Positions 8,663 through 19,353 of a stretch of 64,000 nt of DNA are shown piece after piece. The notes beneath the pieces were generated by a model. That model was not told the origin of the DNA and searched no databases. It was given only the letters and a program-made list of their open reading frames with translations. This DNA comes from an uncultured cyanobacterium (GTDB taxonomy: Bacteria > Cyanobacteriota > Cyanobacteriia > Pseudanabaenales > Pseudanabaenaceae): positions 4,256,001 through 4,320,000 of the forward strand of contig OY969811.1 in the NCBI GenBank assembly GCA_963703315.1. Direction: 5' to 3'. The number at the start of each line of letters is the position of its first letter. Positions within the stretch are counted from its first letter, which is position 1. The position numbers and the translations under genes are program-made.

Positions 8663-11548
8663 ATGGATAGCTTAACCAAAACCAAATTACTGATTGTTGA
8701 TGATGAAGTAAATAATTTAGAATTACTACATCGTATTTTTAATCGTGAGTATCAAATTTTCCAAGCTGAAAATGGATTTACAGCTTTAGAAATTTTAAAA
8801 CAGGAACCAGATATTGCGGTGATCATTGCCGATCAACGGATGCCAATGATGTCGGGTACTGAGCTTTTAAGTCAAGTTGCTGAGATCTATCCTGACACTT
8901 TACGAATTATCTTAACTGCCCATACCGATGTCCGTGATTTAGTTGAAGCCATTAATCACTCTAAAGTTTTTAAATATATTACTAAGCCCTATCAAGTTAA
9001 AGACTTAGTAGAAGTGGTGCATCAGGCTGTAGACATCTATCAATTATTAAAACTAAGAACTTCTAAACTCCGTAATGAGTTAGAAAGTGCAGAAGCTAAG
9101 TATCAAGGTATTTTTGAGAATGCGATCGAGGGGATTTTTCAGACAACCCTTGATGGGCGTTATTTAATTGCCAACCCTATGCTTGCCAAAATATATGGCT
9201 ATAAGTCACCTGACCAATTAGTCAATGGCTTAACTGATATCACCAATCAGCTTTATATCAATCCTCACCGTCGTCAAGAATTTATTGACATGATGCGAAC
9301 TCATGATACTGTCAGCAATTTTGAGTCGCAGGTACGTCGTCGCGATGGTACAAGGATTTGGATTTCGGAAAATGTTAGAGCTATGCGCGATCGCTACGGA
9401 GTTCTAATTGGTTTTGAAGGAACTGTTCAAGATATTACCCAACGCAAACGTGCTGAAGAAGAATCCCAACTATTGCAAAGCTTGACCTTAGAAATCAGTG
9501 CCGCTAACGACTTCCAATCCGCATTAGAAGTTGCCCTCTGTAAGATTTGTCAGTTTACAGGATGGGACTATGGTGAAGCATGGATACCATCAGGCGATAG
9601 TCAAGTGTTGGTATGTAGCCCTGCATGGTATGTCAGCACTGAAGGATTGGCAGATTTTCGTAAATATAGTGAAAGAATCTCTTTTCCCTCAGACATTGGC
9701 TTTCCGGGAAGAGTATGGGGACACCAACGTCCAGAATGGATTTGGGATATCTCTTTAGAATCAGAAGCTAATTTCCTCCGCAAATACCCTGCATTAGAAT
9801 GTGGCTTAAAATCTGGCTTAGCGATTCCTGTAAGTGCCGATAAAAACGTTGTCGCGATTATGGCTTTCTTTACGATGTCTCCCAATGATCGAGATCAGCA
9901 GCTAGTGGGCTTAATTGGGGCGATCGCGATGCAGTTAGGAGTATTGATGCGGCGGAAACGGGATGAAGAAGCGCTGCGATTAATGAATGAAGAACTTGCC
10001 TTAGCACGCGATCGCGCCCTAGAAGCAAATCGGACTAAAAGTACTTTTGTGGCAAATATGAGTCACGAATTACGCACACCCCTCAATGCCATCATCGGCT
10101 ATAGCGAGATGTTGCAAGAAGATGCAAGTTTATTAGGCTTAGATGATTTCGTGAATGATCTTCAAAAGATCTATCAATCTGGTAGACATCTACTAAATTT
10201 GATTAATGACATTCTAGATATGACCAAAATAGAAGCAGGTAAATTGGAAATTCATTGTGACTACTTTAATGTGCCGACGCTGGTATGGGATGCTAGCACA
10301 ACGATTCAACCATTGCTGCTCAAAAACAATAACCACCTCCATATCGATTGTGATTACCAATTAGGAGCTATTTGTGCAGATATGACCCGCGTGAGGCAAA
10401 TTCTCTTAAATATTTTAAGTAATGCTTGTAAATTCACAAAATCTGGAGAAATTAGCGTCAAGGTGAACCGTCAGCATTCGCCACAAGGAGAATATTTCTA
10501 TTTTAAAATCAGTGATACAGGGATCGGGATTAGTTCAGAGAATCTTCAAAGATTATTTCAACCATTTAATCAAGCTGATAGTTCCACAACTCGACAGTAC
10601 GGAGGTACGGGTCTAGGGCTAGCGATTAGTCATCGTCTTTGTCAAATGATGGGTGGTGATATTACAGTCCAAAGTGAATTGGGGAAAGGATCTACTTTTA
10701 CTGTTGGGTTGCCTATTAATTGTGAGAGAACTCAGCCCAATCTCAATTTGTCTCCATCACTATTGACGAACAATCTAACTCAAAAAACTCCAGATTCTCC
10801 AAGACTCTATCCATCGATTTTATTGATTACTGAAGAGCCTCTCGTACATCAAACTGCTCATTCATCTCTTAGTCATCTGGGAATTAGGATTTATTCATCA
10901 TTCAATGCCATTGATGGTATTGAATTAGCGCATCAAATTTTACCCAATGCTATTGTCTTGGATGTCCAAATACCTTCAATGAGTGGCTGGGATGTTCTCA
11001 AACAGTTAAAGCTTCAGCCTTTGACCTCTGGAATTCCAGTTATTTTACTAACAATTGATGATGAGCAACATCTAAGCGCTCAAATCGGAGCGAATGATTA
11101 CTTGTTTAAACCCATCGATCGCGATCGCTTAATTACGACAATTGAGAAATATCGCCCTGAGTTACAGTCACAGCTATCAGTGTTAGTCATCGAAGATGAT
11201 ATCAATGTGCGATCGATGCTCAAACGGATGCTGGAGAAAGAAAACTGTGTGATTTTCGAGGCGCAGGATGGACATGAAGCGTTAGAAATAATGACAGCAG
11301 AGTTGCCCCAATTGATTTTGCTAGATCTGATGATGCCAAATATCAATGGTTTTGAATTTATGCATTTACTCCGTTTACAACAAGATCTGCCATCAATTCC
11401 GATTATCATCATCACCGCGAGAGATTTGAACGAAGAAGATTGCATTCATCTAAATGGATCAGTGCAGAAAATTTTGCAAAAAACAAATTCTAGCTACACA
11501 CAAATATTTGAAGAAGTTGAGCAAAGGCTCTATAAACTTGGCATATAG
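8663..11548 (+). CDS. Hybrid sensor histidine kinase (REC-PAS-GAF-HisKA-HATPase-REC-REC)
   Basis: LIVDDE..DQRMP, FENAIEGIF PAS, MSHELRTPLNAIIG H-box, GGTGLGLAI, LLDLMMP. Confidence 0.95.
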   Translation: MDSLTKTKLLIVDDEVNNLELLHRIFNREYQIFQAENGFTALEILKQEPDIAVIIADQRMPMMSGTELLSQVAEIYPDTLRIILTAHTDVRDLVEAINHSKVFKYITKPYQVKDLVEVVHQAVDIYQLLKLRTSKLRNELESAEAKYQGIFENAIEGIFQTTLDGRYLIANPMLAKIYGYKSPDQLVNGLTDITNQLYINPHRRQEFIDMMRTHDTVSNFESQVRRRDGTRIWISENVRAMRDRYGVLIGFEGTVQDITQRKRAEEESQLLQSLTLEISAANDFQSALEVALCKICQFTGWDYGEAWIPSGDSQVLVCSPAWYVSTEGLADFRKYSERISFPSDIGFPGRVWGHQRPEWIWDISLESEANFLRKYPALECGLKSGLAIPVSADKNVVAIMAFFTMSPNDRDQQLVGLIGAIAMQLGVLMRRKRDEEALRLMNEELALARDRALEANRTKSTFVANMSHELRTPLNAIIGYSEMLQEDASLLGLDDFVNDLQKIYQSGRHLLNLINDILDMTKIEAGKLEIHCDYFNVPTLVWDASTTIQPLLLKNNNHLHIDCDYQLGAICADMTRVRQILLNILSNACKFTKSGEISVKVNRQHSPQGEYFYFKISDTGIGISSENLQRLFQPFNQADSSTTRQYGGTGLGLAISHRLCQMMGGDITVQSELGKGSTFTVGLPINCERTQPNLNLSPSLLTNNLTQKTPDSPRLYPSILLITEEPLVHQTAHSSLSHLGIRIYSSFNAIDGIELAHQILPNAIVLDVQIPSMSGWDVLKQLKLQPLTSGIPVILLTIDDEQHLSAQIGANDYLFKPIDRDRLITTIEKYRPELQSQLSVLVIEDDINVRSMLKRMLEKENCVIFEAQDGHEALEIMTAELPQLILLDLMMPNINGFEFMHLLRLQQDLPSIPIIIITARDLNEEDCIHLNGSVQKILQKTNSSYTQIFEEVEQRLYKLGI

Positions 11549-11836
11549 CGATTTATAGAGGATTGTTTCCCTGCCTTCGGCAGGGAAACAATCTCGTACT
11601 TCACTAGACTGTATAGCTGTAGTCAGTTATGTTAGGACAAAACCAAAACCCAAAAGAGAGTTGCGGCGCTTCGCGCCGCAACTCTCTTTTGGGTTTTATG
11701 TCTTAACTTGCTTGGCTATGGCTATAAAACGCTATAAGTAGCTCAGCATATAAAACCCAAACCCAGAGCTTGTGCCGCCCGCGTAGCGGGCGGCACAAGC
11801 TTCTAGGTTTTAAGTTTACTTATGCCTAGCTACTTA
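11544..11836. mobile_element. Nested MITE-like composite: element A (11544-11736) interrupted by B (11612-11726), abutting C (11735-11836)
   Basis: TATAGC..GCTATA and TAAGTAGC..GCTACTTA termini with central GC hairpins; separate copies at 52086, 62471 and 44724. Confidence 0.75.
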
Positions 11837-11913
11837 TTAACTTTAGGGCTTACGAAATTCCTGTAAGATATTGCTATTTTTGAACGCTCCAGACTGTTAT
11901 TTCAATTATTTCA

Positions 11914-12744
11914 ATGCCAAATATCAATATTACAATTCATCCTCGTGCCATCGTTCACCCTAATGCCAAAATTGGTGAAGGTACTTCCATCGGAGCCGAT
12001 GCCATTGTTGACGAGTTTGTGGAAATCGGCGATCGCTGCGAGATTCGCGCTAGGGCGATCGTTACAGGACATACGAAGATTGGCAATGACAACCAAATTG
12101 GCTATGGGGCGATTATTGGTTCAGAGCCGCAGGATACCTCCTACAAAGGGGCAATTAGTTTTGTGGAAATTGGCGATCGCAATGTGTTACGCGAATATGT
12201 CACCGTCAATCGCGGTACTAAGGAAGGCTCCAGCACCAAAATCGGTAATGACAATTTGTTGTTTACAGGTGTTCATGTTGCCCATAACTGTGCGATCAGC
12301 GATCGCGTAATTTTAGTAAATAACGTGTTGTTAGCTGGCTATGTGGAAGTCCATGATCATGCCTTTATGGGTGGTGACTCGGTGGTGCATCAGTTTACGC
12401 GCATCGGTGCATACTCGATGACGCGCGGACAAACGCGCATCGGTATGGATGTCCCACCCTATTGCATGGCAGTGGACACAAATATGGTGTTTGGACTAAA
12501 TCGGCTAGGATTGCGTCGCAATGGTTTCAGTCATGAGCGCCGCCGTACTATTCTTGCTGCCTACGAAGTTCTTTATAAGTCCGATCGCAATCGCACTCAG
12601 GCGATCGAGTTTCTAGAGTCCGATCCTAATTTTGCAGGTAATCCTGATATTCAAAGGTTTTGTGACTTTCTCAAAGGTTGTCGGCGCGGATTCTGCAAGC
12701 TCTACGAAAAAGGCGCAAGTCGCATTGAAGAAGATCGTGACTAA
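11914..12744 (+). CDS. lpxA: Acyl-ACP--UDP-N-acetylglucosamine O-acyltransferase
   Basis: Hexapeptide repeats, G..PQD, REYVTVNRGT, HVAHNC, VHQF.RIG. Confidence 0.93.
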   Translation: MPNINITIHPRAIVHPNAKIGEGTSIGADAIVDEFVEIGDRCEIRARAIVTGHTKIGNDNQIGYGAIIGSEPQDTSYKGAISFVEIGDRNVLREYVTVNRGTKEGSSTKIGNDNLLFTGVHVAHNCAISDRVILVNNVLLAGYVEVHDHAFMGGDSVVHQFTRIGAYSMTRGQTRIGMDVPPYCMAVDTNMVFGLNRLGLRRNGFSHERRRTILAAYEVLYKSDRNRTQAIEFLESDPNFAGNPDIQRFCDFLKGCRRGFCKLYEKGASRIEEDRD

Positions 12745-12838
12745 AAAATTTTGTTCAGGCATAGCCTGAGCAAAATTTTTAATCGCGATAAAATGCGAAA
12801 CTAATCCTTGGTGAATTGCAAACATTTGAGCTACGAGT

Positions 12839-14617
12839 TTGAAACAAGAATCTTTAGGGCAATCTTCGGGAAAATCTGCAAAGCGATCTTCCTACTGGCA
12901 GATGCGAGATTACGTCTATCCCCAACGTTTTCTGATTGCTAAAGCATTTTTATGCACCTTAGTTTTTATCGGCACGATGCCCCTACTCGCGGAATTGCTA
13001 GGACGGGTTGCACAGGCTTTGGGTAAAGGCGATGTCACTGCCATTGTGCAGATAGCGGCATTTACGGTAGTTATGTTTGTATTTCGGGGATTGGGGCAGT
13101 ATGGGCAGGACTCAATGATGGCGCAAGCGGCGTTAAATGCTGCAAGGGATTTGCGCGTTGATGTGTACTCCCATTTGCAAACTCTGGATCTCGACTATTT
13201 TGCAGAATCCCGTACTGGTGATTTGTCCTATCGTTTGACTGAAGATATCGATCGCATTGGCGAGGTGATTGGCAAATTCTTCCATCAATTTGTGCCGTCA
13301 GTATTGCAATTGATTTTTGTACTGGCGTACATGATCTATTTGAATTGGATTTTGACCCTGACGACCTTAGCCGTTGCGCCCTTGATTGCCCTGTTAATTG
13401 CATGGTTTGGCGATCGGATGTTGCGCCTCAGCCGCCGTAGTCAAGATCAAGTCTCGAACCTTGCTGCATTACTATCAGAAACCTTTAGCGGTATTCGCCT
13501 AGTCCGAGCCTTTGCCACCGAGTCCTATGAGATTGACAGATTCAAACAGGAATCCGAACAAAATAGCCGCCGTAAATATGCCGCCGATCGCGTCAAAGCG
13601 ATTCAATATCCTGTGATTGGCTTGTTAGAAGCGATCGGCATTTGCTTTTTGTTTTTGCTAGGTGGTTGGTTGATTGCTAATAACTGGCTGAAGCCCGAAC
13701 AGTTTGTTGCTTTTGGTGCAGGTGTTGCTCTGTTGATTGACCCGATTTCCCTGACTACGAATAGCTACAACGAACTCAAGCAAGCAGAAGCTTCGGTTGA
13801 TCGCATTTTTGAGATTTTCCAAATTCAGCCTGTAGTTACTGAAAAGCCCAACGCGATCGCTCTTCCTGAAGTCACAGGCAAAGTCGAATATATTAATGTT
13901 GGCTTCCATTATCAAAGCGATCGCTCAGTTCTCACGGATATTAATTTAGTGGCGAATAAGGGAGAGGCGATCGCCCTAGTTGGTGCATCAGGAGCAGGTA
14001 AATCCACTTTGATGAATCTGTTAATGCGCTTCCATGATGTCAAGTCTGGACAAATCCTGATCGACGGCTATGACATTCGCGATGTCCAAATCACTAGCCT
14101 TCGTAATCAACTTGCTCTCGTTCCCCAAGAAAATATTCTCTTCTCTGGAACCGTTGCTTCTAACATTGCCTTTGGACAAAAGGATTACGACACGCAAGCA
14201 GTGGAGAATGCTGCCAAAATTGCTAATGCCCATGATTTTATTATGGAACTTCCTCAAGGCTACGATACATGGGTGGGAGAGCGTGGTGTCAATCTGTCAG
14301 GTGGTCAGCGTCAACGGATTTCGATTGCTAGAGCCGTTCTCCATAATCCCAAAATCCTTATTCTCGATGAAGCAACTTCGGCTCTGGATACAGAATCGGA
14401 AAGCCTTGTTCAAGAAGCCTTACAGCGTTTAATGCAGGGTCGTACAGTATTTATCATCGCCCACCGTTTAGCCACAATTAGAAATAGCGATCGCATTATT
14501 GTTTTAGAACAAGGTCAAATTGTTGAATCAGGAACCCATGATGAACTCTTGCAAAAGGCAGGACGCTATGCTCAATTGCATTCTCGCCAGTTTGATACAA
14601 TAGCCTCAAACCTTTAG
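12839..14617 (+). CDS. ABC exporter, fused permease/ATPase (MsbA-like)
   Basis: TM domain plus GASGAGKST, LSGGQRQR, ILDEATSALD; lies next to lpxA. Confidence 0.9.
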   Translation: MKQESLGQSSGKSAKRSSYWQMRDYVYPQRFLIAKAFLCTLVFIGTMPLLAELLGRVAQALGKGDVTAIVQIAAFTVVMFVFRGLGQYGQDSMMAQAALNAARDLRVDVYSHLQTLDLDYFAESRTGDLSYRLTEDIDRIGEVIGKFFHQFVPSVLQLIFVLAYMIYLNWILTLTTLAVAPLIALLIAWFGDRMLRLSRRSQDQVSNLAALLSETFSGIRLVRAFATESYEIDRFKQESEQNSRRKYAADRVKAIQYPVIGLLEAIGICFLFLLGGWLIANNWLKPEQFVAFGAGVALLIDPISLTTNSYNELKQAEASVDRIFEIFQIQPVVTEKPNAIALPEVTGKVEYINVGFHYQSDRSVLTDINLVANKGEAIALVGASGAGKSTLMNLLMRFHDVKSGQILIDGYDIRDVQITSLRNQLALVPQENILFSGTVASNIAFGQKDYDTQAVENAAKIANAHDFIMELPQGYDTWVGERGVNLSGGQRQRISIARAVLHNPKILILDEATSALDTESESLVQEALQRLMQGRTVFIIAHRLATIRNSDRIIVLEQGQIVESGTHDELLQKAGRYAQLHSRQFDTIASNL

Positions 14618-14683
14618 CGTAGTATGATGAAGGCCTTATGATTTCGTCTTATCGTTAACAAAAATTTTAAGTAACTTTTTAGA

Positions 14684-15898
14684 ATGTCTCAAAGCTCAAC
14701 TCAAACAAATCTATCAACCCTACTAGAACGCGGTGTTGTTGAAATATTTCCTAATAGCGAATCTGACAACTTGCGCGATCGCATTCAAAAGACTGATCGC
14801 CCTCTCCGCATTAAACTAGGCATCGATCCCACCCGTCCCGACTTGCACCTCGGACATACTGTGGCTTTGCGGAAATTGCGCCAGTTCCAAGATGCAGGAC
14901 ACAAAGCTGTCTTAATTATTGGTGACTTTACTGCTCAAATTGGTGATCCCACAGGACGTTCGGAAGCACGCCCTCGACTTACACCTGAAGAAGTTGCCTA
15001 CAATGCCGAAACTTATCTCGATCAGGCAAAGAAAATTCTTGATTTCTCTAGCGATCGCTTTGATTTATGCCGCAATGGTGAATGGTTGAATAAACTTGAT
15101 TTGCAGCAGATTATCACCCTGCAAGCGAGTATGACTGTTGGGCAGATGTTGGCTAAAGAAGGATTTAGCGATCGCTACGACAAGGGGAATCCAATTTACT
15201 TGCATGAGTTTTTGTACCCACTTTTGCAAGGCTATGACTCCGTAGCGATCGACTCCGATGTGGAACTAGGCGGCACTGACCAAAAATTTAATATTCTGGT
15301 TGGTCGTGATTTGCAACTCAAAGACTCCAACCGTCAAGGCAAACCCGCACAATTTGGACTATTGCTACCTTTGCTAGTGGGCTTAGATGGTGTGCAGAAA
15401 ATGTCAAAATCCCTCGGCAACTATGTGGGGCTGACCGATGAGCCATTGAGTATGTATTCCAAACTGGAAAAAGTGCCTGATGCTTTAGTTAATACTTATT
15501 TTGAGTTGCTTACGGATATTGACATTGCCACGCTTCCCGAAAATCCTCGCGAAAAGCAAAAACAACTAGCTGTAGCGATCGTCAGTCAATATCACAGTCC
15601 TGAAGCTGCTTTGCAAGCACAACAGGATGCTGAAAAAATTGTGCTAGCAGGTAATACTACCGATCTTGGTGACATTCCTGAATTTGATCTTGCCCAAATT
15701 AATTTCCCTGCGCCTTTGCATTATCTAGTCAAGGCTTCGGGACTTTGCAAAAGTAACAGTGAAGCTCAAAGTCAAATCAAAAATGGTGCGGTGAAACTTG
15801 ATGGTGAAAAATTAGGCGATCGCACATTTGCGACTGTGGATGAACTATCAGGCAAAGTCTTACAGGTTGGTAAGAAAAAATTCTTGCGCTTGATTTGA
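14684..15898 (+). CDS. tyrS: Tyrosine--tRNA ligase
   Basis: [28 protein letters not shown]-terminal S4 domain. Confidence 0.98.
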   Translation: MSQSSTQTNLSTLLERGVVEIFPNSESDNLRDRIQKTDRPLRIKLGIDPTRPDLHLGHTVALRKLRQFQDAGHKAVLIIGDFTAQIGDPTGRSEARPRLTPEEVAYNAETYLDQAKKILDFSSDRFDLCRNGEWLNKLDLQQIITLQASMTVGQMLAKEGFSDRYDKGNPIYLHEFLYPLLQGYDSVAIDSDVELGGTDQKFNILVGRDLQLKDSNRQGKPAQFGLLLPLLVGLDGVQKMSKSLGNYVGLTDEPLSMYSKLEKVPDALVNTYFELLTDIDIATLPENPREKQKQLAVAIVSQYHSPEAALQAQQDAEKIVLAGNTTDLGDIPEFDLAQINFPAPLHYLVKASGLCKSNSEAQSQIKNGAVKLDGEKLGDRTFATVDELSGKVLQVGKKKFLRLI

Positions 15899-15961
15899 CA
15901 ATTTCAAATCACTGTTTTGAGTTTTGCTTGAAGTAAAATAGCTGAAAAGCTGAATTTCTCA

Positions 15962-18900
15962 ATGGTTGCTGAGATTTGTTTTGATGGTTATTTAAGGGCG
16001 ATTGTAAACACTCACCAAAAATGGCAGGAGTGGTATACGCCAACGGATGCGACAGGAAAGGATTCATCGCAAGTTGAGCGCGATCGCCCTGCTTTTTTTG
16101 ATTTTGGTTTGATGGTGCAGACGGTAGAGCCGCCAAAGGCTGAGCAGGAAAGAGAATTAGAGCAGGATCGCGAAAAGAAGGAAAAAATCGAGCGGTTGCC
16201 TGTGTTGGAGGGGATTTGTAAGTATGCGGCGGATCATGTGTTGCTGGTGGGTAGACCAGGATCGGGGAAGTCTACGGCTTTGGCGCGGTTGTTGTTGCAG
16301 GAGGCGGAAAATGCGTTAAAGGATCAGCAAGCGAAAATTCCTGTGTTGGTGGAGTTGCGGTATTTGCCCTCGGAGGCGAATGAGTCGTCTGTATGCGATC
16401 GCATTCTTGCCTTTATGCACAAACACGATCCTGCTTTGGATATTGATGAGGCGGGGATTAAGCAGCTATTGCGTCAGGGGCGGTTGTTGCTGTTAGTGGA
16501 TGGGGTGAATGAGTTGCCATCGGATCGCGGTCGCGTCATGGTAAATCAATTTCGGGAGCTTTATCAAAAAACTTGCCCAATGATCTTTACGACGCGGGAG
16601 TTGAGTGCGGGTGGGGATTTGGGGATTACCAAGCGGTTAGAGATGCAGCCTTTGACGGAGCCTCAGATGCAGCAGTTTGTGATGGCGTATTTGCCGACGC
16701 AGGGAGAGAGGTTGTTGCGGCAGTTGTCGGGAAGGTTGCGAGAGTTTGGGCAAACGCCTTTGTTGTTATGGATGCTTTGTTCGTTGTTTCAGCAGTCTGA
16801 GCAGATTCCACCAAATTTAGGTATGGTGTTTCGGGCCTTTACGGTGGGCTATGGGGACAGGATTAAGCAGAATGTGACGCTATCGAAGGATTCGCGGGCA
16901 TGGTGGGGGCGGTTGTTGCAGTATCTAGCGTTTAAGATGACCTGTGGCGAAAGTCTGACGGAATTGCAGGTGGCAATTTCGCGGCGGAAGGCGGAGCAGT
17001 TTTTGGTGGAGTTTCTGCGGGGGAAGGTGGAGTTTGCGGACGATCTTGCGGTGCGGTGGTTGGAGGATTTGCTGAAGCATCATTTGATTCAGATTAGCAA
17101 TGACCGCATTGAGTTTCGGCATCAGTTAATTCAGGAATATTATGCGGCGGAGTGGTTGTTGGGACTGTTGCCGAGTCCGAGTTTGAGTGATGCGCGGTTA
17201 CGGCAGGGCTATCTTAATTATTTGAAATGGACGGAACCTTTGGCGTTGATGTTGGAGTTGGTGGAGAGTGAGGAGCAGGCGGTGCGGGTGGTGAGGCTGG
17301 CGCTGGAGGTGGATTTGCGGTTGGGGGCGAGGTTGGCTGGGGCGGTGAAGTATGGGTTTCAGGAGAAGACAGTTGGGTTGTTGTTGAGGGAAATAGAAGA
17401 ACAGAAAATTCCGAAGTTATATGCGATCGAACTTTTTGGGGAAACGGGATCTAATGTTTCTATTACTACTCTAACTCAATCTCTTAAAGATGAAGATTCT
17501 GATGTACGTGAAAATGCTGCAAAAGCATTAGGTCAGATAGCTAGTGACAAAGCGGTCGAAGAACTTATTCAAGCCCTTAATGATACTAGTTCTTGTGTAA
17601 GTGGCAATGCAGCAGAAGCCTTAGGTCGGATTGGTAGTGACAAAGCAGTTGAGCCTCTTATTCAATCTCTTAAAGACACGAATCTTACTGTTGGTAGGAA
17701 TGCAGCAGAAGCCTTAGGTCGGATTGGTAGTGACAAAGCAGTTGAGCCTCTCATTAAAGCCCTCAAAGATACACCTTATACAGATTCTGAAGTACGTAGG
17801 AATGTAAAAAAGGCATTAGGTAAGATTAGTAGCGATAAGTCAGTCAAATCACTTATTCAAGCTCTCAAAGACAAAGATTTTTATGTGCGTTGGGATGCAA
17901 CAGAAGCATTAGGTCAGATAGACTGTGACAAAGCAGTTGAGCCTCTCATTCAAGCTCTTCAAGATACAGATTCTGAGGTACGTGAAAATGTAGCAAAAGC
18001 ATTAGGTCAGATAGGTAGTGGCAAAGCAGTTGAGTCTCTCATTCAAGCTCTTCAAGATACAGATCCTAATGTGCGTAAAAATGCAACAGAAGCATTAGGT
18101 CGGATTGGTAGTGACAAAGCAGTTGAGCCTCTCATTCAAGCTCTTCAAGATACAGATTCTAATGTGCGTAAAAATGCAACAGAAGCATTAGGTCAGATTG
18201 GCAGTGACAAAGCAGTTGAGCCTCTCATTCAAGCTCTTCAAAATACGAGTTTTACTGTTGGTAGGAATGCAGCAAAAGCATTAGGTCGGATTGGCAGTGA
18301 TAAGGCAGTTGAGCCTCTCATTCAAGCTCTTCAAAATACAAAAGTGCATGAAAAGGCAGCAAAGGCATTAGGTCAGATAGGTGGTGATAAAACAGTTGAT
18401 CTTCTCATCCAAGTTCTTCAGGATACAAATTATAAAATGCGTTATTGTGTAGCACAAGTATTAGGTCAGATTGGCAGTTACAAAGCAGTTGAGCCTCTCA
18501 TTCAAGCTCTTCAAGATACAGATTTTTTTGTGCGTTGGAATGCAACAGAAGCATTAGGTCAGATTGGCGATGACAAAGCAGTTGAGCCTCTCATTCAAGC
18601 CCTTCAAGATACAAATTATAAAATGCGTTATTATGTAGCAAAAGCATTAGGTCAGATTGGCAGTGATAAAGCAGTTGAGCCTCTCATTCAAGCTCTTCAA
18701 GATAAATATTTTGATGTGCGTATGTTTGCAGCAGAAGCATTAGGTCAGATTGGCAGCGATAAAGCAGTTGAGCCTCTCATTCAAGCTCTTCAAGATAAAT
18801 ATGTTGATGTATCTATGTTTGCAGCAGAAGCATTAGGGGAAATCAATATTAGTGGAAAGATTAGCATCGTGTCTTTTGCATTACTAGAAGTATTAGAAAA

Positions 18901-19321
18901 TAATAACGAGTTATTATGTACGCCAGCGATTAAAGCTTTGGGTAAAATAGGTGGAGAAATGGCAGTTCGAGGACTAATACCATTACTACAAGATAGCGAT
19001 TTCTTAGTGAGGCAATCTGCTCGCGAATCTCTAAGCAAAATTGCCTCTCCTAAGACTATTAGTTACCTCTACAAGCTAATTCCAACAACCTACGGGCTTA
19101 ATGAAATTCACCTCGTAATCTCTAATATCCAAGCCCGATGTAAATACTACAACTACGACATAGCCCAAACACCCTTACCCCCCGAAGATAACCCCAACCC
19201 CACCACAGGCAACACCTACATCTTCAACAAAGAAGTAGGACAAGTAGTTGGTGGAAATCTAATAGTTCAGGGTGATAATATTGCCACACAAAACAACCAA
19301 AAGACAGCACCTGAATCCTAA
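15962..19321 (+). CDS. NACHT NTPase with HEAT/PBS-lyase repeats (NLR-like) and C-terminal G/N/Q-rich motif
   Basis: GRPGSGKST, LLLVDGVNE, TPLLL, F.HQLIQEYYAA; about 15 31-aa HEAT repeats; Pro-rich linker then motif tail. Confidence 0.9.
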   Translation: MVAEICFDGYLRAIVNTHQKWQEWYTPTDATGKDSSQVERDRPAFFDFGLMVQTVEPPKAEQERELEQDREKKEKIERLPVLEGICKYAADHVLLVGRPGSGKSTALARLLLQEAENALKDQQAKIPVLVELRYLPSEANESSVCDRILAFMHKHDPALDIDEAGIKQLLRQGRLLLLVDGVNELPSDRGRVMVNQFRELYQKTCPMIFTTRELSAGGDLGITKRLEMQPLTEPQMQQFVMAYLPTQGERLLRQLSGRLREFGQTPLLLWMLCSLFQQSEQIPPNLGMVFRAFTVGYGDRIKQNVTLSKDSRAWWGRLLQYLAFKMTCGESLTELQVAISRRKAEQFLVEFLRGKVEFADDLAVRWLEDLLKHHLIQISNDRIEFRHQLIQEYYAAEWLLGLLPSPSLSDARLRQGYLNYLKWTEPLALMLELVESEEQAVRVVRLALEVDLRLGARLAGAVKYGFQEKTVGLLLREIEEQKIPKLYAIELFGETGSNVSITTLTQSLKDEDSDVRENAAKALGQIASDKAVEELIQALNDTSSCVSGNAAEALGRIGSDKAVEPLIQSLKDTNLTVGRNAAEALGRIGSDKAVEPLIKALKDTPYTDSEVRRNVKKALGKISSDKSVKSLIQALKDKDFYVRWDATEALGQIDCDKAVEPLIQALQDTDSEVRENVAKALGQIGSGKAVESLIQALQDTDPNVRKNATEALGRIGSDKAVEPLIQALQDTDSNVRKNATEALGQIGSDKAVEPLIQALQNTSFTVGRNAAKALGRIGSDKAVEPLIQALQNTKVHEKAAKALGQIGGDKTVDLLIQVLQDTNYKMRYCVAQVLGQIGSYKAVEPLIQALQDTDFFVRWNATEALGQIGDDKAVEPLIQALQDTNYKMRYYVAKALGQIGSDKAVEPLIQALQDKYFDVRMFAAEALGQIGSDKAVEPLIQALQDKYVDVSMFAAEALGEINISGKISIVSFALLEVLENNNELLCTPAIKALGKIGGEMAVRGLIPLLQDSDFLVRQSARESLSKIASPKTISYLYKLIPTTYGLNEIHLVISNIQARCKYYNYDIAQTPLPPEDNPNPTTGNTYIFNKEVGQVVGGNLIVQGDNIATQNNQKTAPES
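17489..18840 (+). repeat. About 15 tandem 93-bp HEAT-repeat units
   Basis: Recurring gcattaggtc[a/g]gattgg..gacaaagcagttgagcctctcattcaagctcttcaagat. Confidence 0.93.
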
Positions 19322-19353
19322 CCAACCACTAAACATTACCCAGTGAGAAAAAC

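Noticed and set aside
17489..18840. CRISPR array or DGR target (conserved blocks alternating with variable blocks)
   Set aside because: Units are 93 bp, in frame and encode HEAT repeats; there are no cas genes, reverse transcriptase or template repeat in the window.
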